64,000 nt of DNA, taken from Paraspadella gotoi (taxonomy: Eukaryota; Animalia; Chaetognatha). Location of the stretch: assembly GCA_051294375.1 (NCBI GenBank), contig CM119265.1:15414963-15478962 (forward strand), given 5' to 3'. Shown in pieces: positions 1-11,225 of this stretch. Position 1 is the stretch's first letter. Every line of letters begins with the position of its first letter. Position numbers and translations under genes: made by a program. Below the pieces are notes generated by a model that saw only the letters and a list, made by a program, of their open reading frames with translations, was not told where the DNA came from and did no database searches.

Positions 1-39
1 AGAATATGTCAGAATATCGAATTATGATAAATTATTCAA

Positions 40-350
40 AAAAAAACGATGTCCGTCTGTCTGTCCGTCCGTCCGTCTGTCCCACCTTAGCAAAAAACAC
101 CAATTACTCTTGATTGGATGGATTGGAATGAAATTTTGTGTGTGGGTAGGGAAGTGTGTGATTGAGCTGGATATGAAGTTTCGATGGAATCGTCCAAGTG
201 AAAATGAGTTATTTCATTATTTGAACACCAATTACTCAGGAGTGGATGGGGCGATTGACTTGAATTTTTGTATTTGGGTAGAAAAGTTTGTGATTAAGCT
301 GGAAAGTTTTAAGTTTAAATGGGAAAAAATAAAAAATGTGTTTCATTAAT
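40..350. repeat. Fragment of interspersed repeat with (GTCY)n microsatellite, DINE/HINE-like non-autonomous element
   Basis: gtccgtctgtctgtccgtccgtccgtctgtccc at 51-83, followed by two degenerate internal copies of 'aacaccaattactc...ggatgg...gaa-tttt-gt-t-tgggtag-aaag...gtgatt-agctgga'. The family assignment rests on general resemblance only. Confidence 0.4.
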
Positions 351-583
351 TGATTATGCTTTTTTTTTCTTTCTATATTAAATGTAAATGCAAGATGTAC
401 TAAATAATCAAATAATTAATCAGTCAATTAATCAATCAAAACAAACATTTTCGGATCAAAATAATTGATTGTCTAATTAATTAACTTTAATTAATTATTA
501 ACTAATTACCGATAATGATCGTGGGCAGATCCGACATTGTTTGCTCAAACTTGTTTGTTTGTTATTCGATATTTCTCCTACAG

Positions 584-1341
584 TGGATGGAAGCAGCGCA
601 GCTTCAAGCCCCCAAAATAGTTATACGACCACAAACACTTCATTTACATCGGCCAGGTCCGACGTTACTCTCAAAGGTTCGTTGCACTGTGACTTTAACT
701 TACGCTTGAGAATTTTTTTATATCATTAAAAAATAAGTAAATATAAACTGTTATATTAAGTGTTCCATTTTACCCCAGAGTGGGGTAAAACGGAAAACTT
801 CAAGTTTTGAAAAAATGCGGCCACCTGTGGCCTCAGGATAAAAACGAATACATCAACCTGTAGCGGAGACACTTTTCTAGATATATCACCCGAATTTTTT
901 TTTTTTTAAATAAATTTACTAAGTGAAAATTTTGAATACTTCCAAAAGTGTTCCGAATTACCCCGCACTACCCTATAATAAATAAACATTAATTTCAGAT
1001 GACTCTTCCCTCGACGCAATGAAGGTGCTAGATTCTACGAAGTCCTCCGAAATCGTTTCTCCCGTCGCAGAAGCTACATCTGATGATCAGGTGCCAATCT
1101 TTTTAAGTTACATAGATTTTGGCTGTCATTTTAACTCCTATTGTATTGTATCGTTGGTTTCTGTTAGGTCCTCGCTGATGATGAAATTGCACAAGCGGCG
1201 ATCTGGGAAGCCTCCCGGGGATCGGTTGATCAAGAAAGTCAAGGAGAGTGTCAAGAAGATGCGAGCGAGGTTCCTACGAAGGAAAAAGTGAAGAAGTCCA
1301 AGAAAAAGAAAAAGAAGAATTCTTCACACTACAGTCACTAG
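584..1341 (+). CDS. Last exons of an unidentified gene (Ser/Thr-rich, acidic, ends in a Lys tract)
   Basis: Phase-compatible exons 584-676, 999-1090 and 1168-1341 with GT-AG boundaries. They read ..DGSSAASSPQNSYTTTNTSF..LK|DDSSLDAMKVLD..SDDQ|VLADDEIAQ..EKVKKSKKKKKKNSSHYSH*. No recognisable domain, and the start lies upstream of the window. Confidence 0.6.
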
Positions 1342-1669
1342 TCATTTGAATTTGCAATGTTGGTTTCTATTATGATATTGTCACATCAGTTTTTTGTTGG
1401 TCGCTTATGTTTCGACAACACTTTTATATACTTGGTTTTTCGCAATTATCTACATACATTTTATTTTTAGCTAATAACTCAAGTTTTTAATCCCGTCTAA
1501 AGAACTATGAACCGGTTGATTTTTTTTTAGTTGTGCCTCAACTCTTCACGGAGCAACTCTGTAAGTCACTTTTTAGTGCGTCTGTCCCACTGACGTTTTA
1601 GATCTTTATGATTTCAGTAATATTATATACTTAATATTTAAAAATATATTATAAAACGTAAATTATTTG

Positions 1670-2393
1670 CAGAAGGCTTCATATTATAAAATGTGGTACC
1701 CCTTTTTTGTGACCAGAATCTGTTCTCACCAAACTACCTGATCGAATTTAATGAAATTTAATATTTAGAGTGCTAATGACTATATAAATGGAACTATCGA
1801 GGCGAATTTTGATATTCAACCCCTGACAAGAAATACAGGGCCCTAGGGGTGGACCCCTGGGGGGCCAAAAAATGCTAAAAAAATTTTTTTTATTTTTTAA
1901 ATTTTTTTAGTAGTATCAGGTGCATTGACGTTTTAAACATAAGAAAAAAACATTTTAGAACTAAAATTGATAAATTTGCAATAATTAAGCATGGTTGAAG
2001 ATGCATGGTTCATCGTTTTACTTCCAATTTTCCGAAATTATTCCAAATCTGACTTTAACTGCTGATGTTCATGAAGCTAAAAATTAAGGTAAATGAATAT
2101 TTTTGAGGTAATAAATACGTTTTTGTGGAAGAGTAAACGTCTGTGCAACTGTTCAAAACAAAAATAATAAAAAAATTTGAAAAAAAAAATTTTGTCCATT
2201 TTTTGCCCCTATGGGTGACCCCCGGGGGGCCTATATCTCGGCTCAGCGGTCAAATATTTAAATTCTCCTCGATAGTTTTATTAGTATTCACATAGGGATC
2301 GTTCATTCCAAATTTCAATAATTCAATAGTTTTCTCGGAACGAGTTCTGGTCACAAAAAAGGGGTACCACATTTTATAATATGAAGCCTTCTG
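1670..2393. mobile_element. MITE (Tc1/mariner-type) with about 49-bp perfect terminal inverted repeats
   Basis: CAGAAGGCTTCATATTATAAAATGTGGTACCCCTTTTTTGTGACCAGAA at 1670, with its exact reverse complement ending at 2393. Flanked by TG on the left and TA on the right. Degenerate inverted similarity continues inward, and there is no ORF. Confidence 0.85.
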
Positions 2394-2510
2394 TATATAT
2401 TAAATTTATCTAAATGCAGTCACGTGATCAAAAAGGTAACCGTATTAATTTGTTTAATATTTGGCTATTTGAATTAATATTTTATAGTAAAACTTATGAG
2501 AAAGAAAAAA

Positions 2511-2682
2511 AGTTTATTTTTGTTTACAAACGTATTTTATTTTTGAACCGAACATGTTTCGACTATTTTTCGAGTCTTCAGGGCTGACGTGACTCGAAAA
2601 AGAGTCGAAACATGTCTGTTTCAAAAATAAAACTCGTTGTTTGTAAACAAAAATAAACTCAATACGCAATAAAACGAAAGGC
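2511..2682. mobile_element. Miniature fold-back element from the Penelope-like family with two degenerate hammerhead cores
   Basis: Inverted repeat 2511-2659 containing acatgtttcgact...gagtcttcag and ctgacgtgactcgaaaaagagtcgaaacatgtc. Same architecture as 20090-20340. Confidence 0.7.
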
Positions 2683-2952
2683 TTTTCGCTAAATAAATCT
2701 TTTTAAAATACGTACAATCGCATATATAAAACTTATTGTGGCGCAACATTTTGACTTTGCCAGTTCTTGTTTTTAAAGTTTTAAAAGTTTTTTGCCTTGA
2801 AGGATATCAGATAAAGGACTTGAAAAGTCAACTTTGAACTAATATTTAACCTTCTTCTAGATTTTTGAAGGGAGTTATGCCAAGATTATTATAAATAGAA
2901 AGGCACGAAATTTTATTTTTTTTCCATTTGAATTCCTCATTATCCCACAACT

Positions 2953-5900
2953 ATGTCGATGGCGATTATTTTTCTTACTGCTTTGCTAAGTCTTCAGGCA
3001 TCAGCTAGCTTTCATAATGATTTGGGTAATCATTCAGAACCTAAATTGAAATGTATTTTTCTGAAGAATTTTTAATTTTATTGGTATTCTTCTTTGTCGG
3101 AATTTTTAGAGAAGCGTGGCTCTTGCCCGTTGCATTACGTGACGGGACCTGGCGACCGCTGTTTTCGGTTTGCAGAGGACAAGCGCACCTTTTCTGAAGC
3201 CCGTCGACAATGTCAATTGGAAGGAGCAGGTTTGGCGAATACCCAATCTCCTGACGTATATCGGTTCGTTAAGCAGCACATTGAAGCTAACCCAAGAAAG
3301 GCCAAAATCGTATACGCTCTTTTCCACAAACTGAGTAAAGTCTTTACTCGATGGTCCAATGGATGGTGGATCGGAGCTGAACGTTCACGTTACGGCTTCA
3401 AGTGGCTTGATGGTGAGTAAAACTTTTACTACGTAGTCTCTCTGAAATTTTGCAATCGCTTAAAAGTCAAATTAAGTGAAATGTTGCAAGAAGCGATCTC
3501 GCCAAGTACAGTATGTTTCCCGTGGAGATATCTAAAAATACCCTTGACTTTGGTAGCCCGCCGTCTGGCATTTCTGAATATATAATTTTTATCTCGCCAG
3601 ATTGGCGAATGCCCGATTTGGGCGAGATGTTAATTCGTTTTTGCTTTTTTTGACCGGCGTCGTCGTCACGCTGTTTTAATATTAAAAATAGCTCGAGTAA
3701 GTAACCATAGCATAGAAAGCTAAAAATTTAGATATGGTTTTTCATCATTGAGGTCTTTTAAATTGTTGTTTCATATTCTTACACTCATTTGTTTGTTTTA
3801 TTTATAAAACAATTTTTATATATATAAATGAGTTCAGCTCTGCAGCGGTTGTACAAGAATAAAGTTGTAAACTCGCAATTATGTATAAGTGGTGGCGAGC
3901 GTCGCCGTAAAGAGACTGAAATGGGAATGAAAATATTTTGGTTCAAGTTTCCTAAATTTGAAATCGGGAATCGCGATGACAGATAATTGAAAAAGAGGGA
4001 GTGGAGGTGGTCGAGATAAAAATGGCGAACAAAATGAGATGAATCGATTTATTGAAATCAGAAAAGCGAATGGAATCGAATTGCTAATTGTACAAAGTGG
4101 CATTTCATTTTTATATGGCGAGAGAGAGAAAATTTGGTTTACATTTGTAAAGTAAACAATTCTAAAAATACTTCCAAATAAGGTAACGTTTTGCGACCGG
4201 CGTTTGAATAGGGGAGCAAAATATTTCTTAGCGGGCATTGGAATTTTTAAAGAATTCGGCCGGCGATTTTATTTACTTTCTTACTAATAATAATAATCAG
4301 GATCTCCACTCGGCACGCGACCAAAGAAAGCAAATAAATGAGTATCAAATTAAAGCAAATAAATTAAATTAAAAAACGGCCATTTATAAAATAAAAGTAC
4401 AAATCACAGTAACTTCTTTTTGGCCAGGTAAAGCTAAATAATGCAAAAATACCAAAATGAAATTTAATAATTTTAGCAAATAAACGGTAGCGTTGGTAAA
4501 TCACATGAAAATTCAAATTACGAAGTTCTGATTTATGAATCACGAAAGACATACAGTTTGTGATGAAGTTGATAGCACCCATGAATACAGTGAACAGCAC
4601 AAAATGATGAGCACACATTTAGACTTTGAAAAGAATGATGACGAAGCATCGTGACGCAGATCCTCTGTGGCGTAGGAGGCATAACCAGGGCTATTTCTCC
4701 AGTACAGTACAAGTGACTACTGGTCCATGTTGCCGCAAACGCAAATGATCCACTGGTCTCAAAATATCCTATCCCATCGCCGATCCACATGGTCTTTTTG
4801 GCGTCCAAAACTTGCCCATAGAACGTGACGCTGACGTGCCCCAGTGCCCATAGATGACGAACGTTCACCGCAAAAAATTGATGTCGTTTTCAAGTTGGCA
4901 GGGACTTTATCGAAGCAGGAGAAACGTTAGTCCAAATTTTGTATATCCTCTCCATGACACAAAAAAACCACCCATTTTAGGTCGTTTTGCGATGACGTTT
5001 TCTTGTTTCTTCAAAAAGTCCCAATGCCAAAAGATTCATCTTTTGCCATTCTCAGACGATCTTCTTTGTAGTTGTAATCCCACCAATTAGGTGGGACCCA
5101 CCGCTGCCATCAAGTGGAGGTGGTCGAGATAAAAATGGCGAACAAAATGAGATGAATCGATTTATTGAAATCAGAAAAGCGAATGGAATCGAATTGGCTA
5201 ATTGTACAAAGTGGCATTCATTTTTATATGGCGAGAGAGAGAAAATTTGGTTTACATTTGTAAAGTAAACAATTCTAAAAATACTTCCAAATAAGGTAAC
5301 GTTTTGCGACCGGCGTTTGAACAGAGGGAGCAAAATATTTCTTAGCGGGCCTTGGAATTTTTAAAGAATTCGGCCGGCGATTTTATTTACTTTCTTACTA
5401 ATAATAATAATCAGGATCTCCACTAGGGAAAAAGGGTTGGCCGAAGCAATCTGGGTTATTTTAAATAATATTTGATTTGTAATTTTTAAATTCTTCAGTT
5501 GTTTCAAAGATTACGACATCGAAATGGTTTTAAAACCATTTATTTACTTTTTAACCAAAATTTTAATGTCTATTTGGATTGTTTTTAAATAATTTGAAAA
5601 TGATTTTATGTCTTCGCTTGTTTTTAACTTTGATAAATAACAACTTTTGAAACCTCGATCGTCGCTATTTGTAAAATAAGTTTGAAAGCAGAGGCAGCGC
5701 AAATAAATTATGATAAATCATTATAAAAATTTTCTAATTATTTATTTTATTATTTTTTATCGTCGCAAACGCTTAACTTTTGCGCATAAGTGGCGTCGTC
5801 GGCGTTCCAAATTATAGATCGCCTTTTTTATGATTAAATTTGGGTTTATGAAGCTGAAAATTTATATACAGCTTCTCATCATCGATGTGCTTAAAATTGA

Positions 5901-8900
5901 GTTTGGACATGGACAGTTATTAAATGTTTTGTTTACGTTTTATCAAAACAAACAAATTTTCTCTTTTATTTTCATATTTCTCTCTCTCTCTCTTTTTTCT
6001 TTTAATTACATGTCTCTCTCCTCTCTCTTTTCCCTATTCACTGATTCATAATCATAGGGAAAAAAACGAGTCTGCAGCTGGCTCTGCAGGGGCTTTTTCG
6101 TTTTCTCTCTTTTCTCCTGCTGCTTCTGCGCTGCCTTTTGATTTCTTTCTTTGCAGCTGGCTCTGCAGGGGCTCTTTCTTTTCTCTCTCTTTTCTCCTGC
6201 TGCTTATGCTGCTGCCTTTTGATTTCTTTCTTTTTCTCTCTTTCTCTCTGCGTTTTTATTTTAAAAAAAATTGAAACAGGATTGAACTCGTAAAATTAGG
6301 CATCGCATTTGTGCATATTATCATTTTGCTATCGCAACATCGGATTTTTATTTCGTTTTGACAATAATTATTTTTTTAAATTTTTTAATTAATGTTTTAA
6401 TTTTTTAATTAATTTTTTTGTAATTTTTTTTTTTTTTTTTTAATTGACAATCGCAAAATAGAATTTTTCTTTCCTTTCTATTCTGTCTTTATATTTATTC
6501 TTTTCTTCTTTTTCTTTCTGTTTATAAATTATTTTTCTTTTCTCAAATTTGATTTTTTTTAGTATCAAAATTTGTCGTCAATCCAGATTTTTCTTATGCG
6601 ATTGCGACGATCCTATTGCTTTTAAGATTTTTATTTTCATATTTTATGAAGGATTTATTTTTTAATCTATATTTTTTAAATATATATGTATTGCTTTCTT
6701 AAAAATTTATTATTTATTATTATATCTAATAATTCATTTTGGGAAGGGGAAGTCGGTATTATATTTTAGAAATTGAGGGAGCATTTATACAACAAGGTTA
6801 GATTACAATCTGTCCTAATTTTTTAATAAATATCACACATCATTCCTGTTAAAAAATCATTAATAAAAAATTATAATATCTAATAGGCTGAACAGAAAGG
6901 GGTAGGAATGGATAATTTTTTCGGGGGGAACCAAAGTTATATATGTTTTTTTAATTAATAGGGATAATTTTTAATTAAACTATAAACAATTATTTATTAA
7001 TATAAAATATTAAACTTTTAGGGCAATAGAACAAAAATTTATTAAAGCTTAATCAGAATATGATAATATGCAAATGAGATTGAAATACTTAGTCTCATTT
7101 GAGATAATTCACAAATTAATCTGTTACACCGGTTGTCCAGTTTCTCTTTTTTTTTTTTATGTAGTTTTTTTTTTAACGCAGCTTCTTCTGATTCGTCTAA
7201 AAATGATTTTATTCTTTATTTTTTTTCTCGGATTTGTTTTATTTACGATGAATGATTATTATTTGTATCAATGAATGATTATCATTGAATTAATAAATTA
7301 TTATCATCGCATCCATTTTTTGGTTATCATCGCATTATTATTTGGTTATCATTGCATCAATTCTTTAGTTATCATTGCATCAATATTTGGTTATCATCGC
7401 ATCAATAATCAATTACTATTATATCAATCAATAAATTACAATTACATCAATAAATTTATTCATAATTACATTAATCAGTTACTATTACATTAATAATTCG
7501 TTATTTGTTATTTGAATATCTATATGCTTTGATTATTTTATTAAGGTACCCTTTTTAAGAATTTTTCAGAAATTCAAAGATTAAAAGATAAACTGTTTGA
7601 TATCTTCGTCGATCCATTCCGGCTGCTAATTCTTGCCTTTGAAGGGTTTCCCCAAACGACCGAAGTGACTCGCCGATAGAAGTTCTTCGAATCAAAGATT
7701 CTCGGGGGCGTTTTTTGGAGGGATGGACCGGCGGGTCCTAACAGATTAATCATTCATTTTTTTTTCAATTCTTTGTTAATTTTTTTTGATAGTAACGTCT
7801 GGCGAGATCACTATACTTTTAAGATTTTTTGTTTTTCTTTTGTAAGTTGAAAAAAGAGACTGAATTACATTTTGATTATCATTAAATTTTCTCTACTCCA
7901 TAAATTTGCTTGTATTTTTCAGTAAAAAGTAAAAAACAAGCAAAAATTTATGAAGTAGCTTGATAAAGTATATTTTTAAATATGAAAAATGATAAATGCA
8001 AAAATGTTTTTAGCTTGAATCAAGCCTTGATATAAACAGTATGAATGTCTACTTGTGAAAAGAAATCGTCTTTTTTCATTATCTTCAACTGCAAACAAAA
8101 AGCTTGACACACTGCTGTTTTTCATAATAAAATTTTGAAAAATTACATAGCTGGTCACATATTTGACAAAGCAAGACATCATTGTGTTAAATTGTATTGA
8201 TAATTTTTTTTAAATATAACAATCTTTAATTCTATTATTTATCATCCATTTTAATTTTTAAAAAAATTTTCACGGAATGGTTCATTGATTGACTTAATGA
8301 TCGAATTTTTTTGGTTTCCTCACCGCCCCCATTTCACTAAACATAAAAGGTCATGATTATCTTGTCAGTTTGTCCAGATTTTCTGTACTCTTTCTGCCAC
8401 ATGCATCTCCTTTCAAATGTATTAAATAACAAAAATTATTTGAGAGAACGATCGGCGTGGAGCATGCCATTAGTTACCCCATTTCCCGATCGAATTTTTA
8501 AAACGAAGTTTTTTCCATTTATACGAGACATTGAAGAGGCTGGTTTTACAGGGCGCCACACCCGCAGCGGTGTCACCTCGTGGCGACAGCGAGACAGCAT
8601 GTTCATGTAGTCCAGAGCTTTGGATCTGGCAGTAGGCCCATGTCTACAGGCGGGTTACCCGGTCCATCCCACTTTCTACATAACCTCAGGGCTCGAACCA
8701 GGGACGCACATTAGTCTACTGAGCCACTGAGGCGCTGTGAAAGAAACAGCTTTAATCCATCTGTGGTGATAGGACCACCAGAACATAACACTAACTATTG
8801 GTACTATTAATTTTTAATTTCTTACATAACATTTTCCGTAATCAGAGAAACATTTTGCGTGTCAAAAAATATGGGGAAAAAAACAGTAAAACGCACTGAC

Positions 8901-10351
8901 AAATTAAAAAATTTATGGAGGAATCTACTGTAAATTGAATCATCTAAACATTGAATTCCCTGAATTCCCTAGAAGCTTTTGAAGCGCCCATTTTTACATC
9001 ACGCATAGCAGCAATGTCCTTTTCCAAGAAATTTTCGTTTCTACCACCTCTACTAGTTTTTCTAATGTAGTATTTCGGCATTCTTTCTAGTTACAACAAA
9101 TATAAAAAATTATAGATTTGTTGATCCCCATCTTGCCCCAGAAAATTCTCCTTATTTTAATATTTTAATTAACCGTAATAATCGGTCGTTAAATAACGAA
9201 AACCCATTACAAATATGTTATGTACTACATCATAGAAATGCCAAACCAAGACCTTCAAAATTGACTATCATTGAACTCTTTAAATTTTATGGTTGCATAG
9301 ATATGCTGTCACGAAAAAAATCATACTGTACCTATATACTATTGCCTTTATTCCAGGTTCTGCGTCCTATGGCCACTGGATGCAAGGAATGCCTGACAAC
9401 GGTCGCTTGTTCCTAATTCACTGGATCAAAGAAAATTGCCTCATGCAGATGGAGAGCGACCATGGTTGGAACGACGCTGATTGCAACAAAAAACTTCGCT
9501 ATATTTGTCAAAAGGACGCCAATAATCCGTGCGCTGGTTTTCGCTGCGGCAAAGGTCGGTGCGTATTGAACGCCAAGGAAGAGCCATTCTGCGTTTGCCG
9601 TTCAGGCTGGACAGGACCAAGCTGCAAAAAGCCCGTCTCTCGCAACTACTGTCGTCCAAATCCTTGCGTAAACGGCGGCCAATGTTTCGCCAATTCGCAA
9701 GGTTTCCATTGCGTCTGCCAGGGAGAATTTACTGGTCGAAAGTGCGACAAAAAATGCCGTTATGTCGTGACCAAGGAGGGTCTTCCTGAGAATTTGGACT
9801 TTCTCATTCTTCTCGACGGCAGTACCAGCGTTAGTGAGATCAACTTTGACAAGTCGCTGAATTTTTTAACCAAGTTGATTAACAAGCTGGACCTTGGAGA
9901 AAACAAGGCTCGCGTGGGACTTATCCAGTTCAGTCACGAAGTAAAAGAAATAGTGAGTTTCGCCAAATCGGTCAATTTGGGCAAACAAAGTCTGATTCAT
10001 AGAATTGAGGACCTGAAGCAGCTGACGGGTGGGACGGCCACCGGTCGCGCCTTAGAAATTGCCCGTGCTGTCTTGAGGGGCGAAAGTCGAACCTATTCTA
10101 CAGACACGGCCAAGTACCTCCTTGTCCTGACCGATGGCCAGAGTCACCAGGAAAATATTATCCGCGACGTCGTACCCGACATCCGTAAGATGGGTGCAAC
10201 CATTTTTTCGGTTGGGATAGGCCCCGAAGTGGACGAGGCAGAATTGCTGCTCATCGCCGGCGGAGACAAATCGCACGTCTTTTCAGTGGACTCCTTCGAC
10301 AAGCTCAACCACGACTTCCTGCTCAAACTCATCGAAAAGATGTGCGATTGA
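2953..10351 (+). CDS. Secreted C-type lectin - EGF - EGF - von Willebrand A domain protein
   Basis: Exon 2953-3025 is signal peptide-like (MSMAIIFLTALLSLQASAS). Exon 3110-3412 carries CP..RCF..TFSEARRQC..LA..WWIG..WLD. Exon 9357-10351 carries GSASYGHW..MPD..ENC..WNDADC..YICQK, two 6-Cys EGF repeats and a vWA domain with MIDAS DGSTS, TGGTATG and LTDG. Both junctions are phase 1. Confidence 0.88.
4000..5424 (-). mobile_element. Small non-autonomous LTR retrotransposon (Gypsy-like, TRIM/SMART-sized)
   Basis: Near-identical direct repeats of about 311 bp at 4000-4310 and 5113-5424, with AGTGGAG...CTCCACT ends. 4-bp TSD AGGG at 3996-3999 and 5425-5428. On the minus strand the LTR is followed directly by TGATGGCAGCGGTGGG (5112-5097), a 15/16 match to a tRNA-Leu primer-binding site. 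Confidence 0.85.
7295..7412. repeat. Degenerate minisatellite of about 22 bp (TGGTTATCATYGCATCAATATT-like)
   Basis: About five tandem degenerate units are visible in the lectin intron. Confidence 0.6.
8560..8740 (-). mobile_element. tRNA-derived SINE-like element
   Basis: The minus strand reads GCGCCTCAGTGGCTCAGTAG...CCTGGTTCGAGCCCTGAGG (Pol III A and B box-like), followed by a GC-rich body. Confidence 0.5.
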
Positions 10352-11225
10352 TTCTTTCATATTAATATTTAGGTACATGCGTAATTGCATATCGTTTAAT
10401 ACGATAAAATTCATTTTACGTACAAATGAAAATGTTCAAAGGGTGGAACAACTTTCGCTTTGTGGTTTGACGTAGACCGTTTACGTCCGCTTCGTATGCA
10501 ATCATAAAACTTTTGTACGTTATTTTAATGATAATTAAAATAATTGATATACCAATTTGTCAAAAATGAAGTCTAGAAATAGAATAAACGCTTACAAGGA
10601 TTTGCTTTATAAATTAATTATTTGGGTATTGAGCCATATAAAAAATTTTTTGTCCATTGAAAATACATTTAAAAATGTATAAATTTTCGTTTGAGCATGT
10701 ACTCATTCTAAATTTTTGAGTGGGGCTGCCCAAAGTAAGTTAATTTAGATCCTACTATTTTTTACTTATTTATTATTTATACTAAGGTAAGGTAGAAGGA
10801 ATCGGAGCCAAGTGTGAATCTTTTGTTTATTTGTCGGCGTAGTCGGTGCAGAGGAGGCGAGAGGGCCGCTTCAACCTTTTCGTGCATCTCTCCTCTCGAT
10901 CTTAGCTTAACTTGAGGAATGAAAAGACGAGCTTTTTTTTTTGTGATGTTCAGTTTTTTAATCTAAGCCAAGATTTTCCTACACAAAACCATTCGAGACA
11001 AGAGGTGGATGTTCGCGTGTTATAGCTACGTAGCTTGAGTCATACGATTCTCCCTTGGATTTCTCGATGATTGGTTAAACTTAAAGCACCATTGCAGGGT
11101 TTTACTATTTACGCTATTCAATTTTAATCGACGTTTTTTATTTTTCTGCTACGCTCGAACAAGTCACTTCTTTGCCTCTCCCACTTTTAAAGTCCCAACC
11201 CCCTTTCAGCTTTTACCAGTAAAGG

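Noticed and set aside
5091-5112. Sequence matching a tRNA-Leu 3' end
   Set aside because: Only 16 nt with no cloverleaf. It is explained as the PBS of the LTR element and is not a tRNA gene.
6070-6240. Two GGCT-CTGCAGG-GGCT mini hairpins 79 nt apart, resembling paired IRE1/XBP1 cleavage loops
   Set aside because: They arise from a low-complexity tandem duplication inside an intron, the stems are weak (two G-U pairs out of four), and there is no link to a spliced mRNA or bZIP frame.
7275-7500. Regularly spaced short repeats (CRISPR-like at a glance)
   Set aside because: The units are tandem and degenerate with no unique spacers, in a eukaryotic intron. This is a minisatellite.
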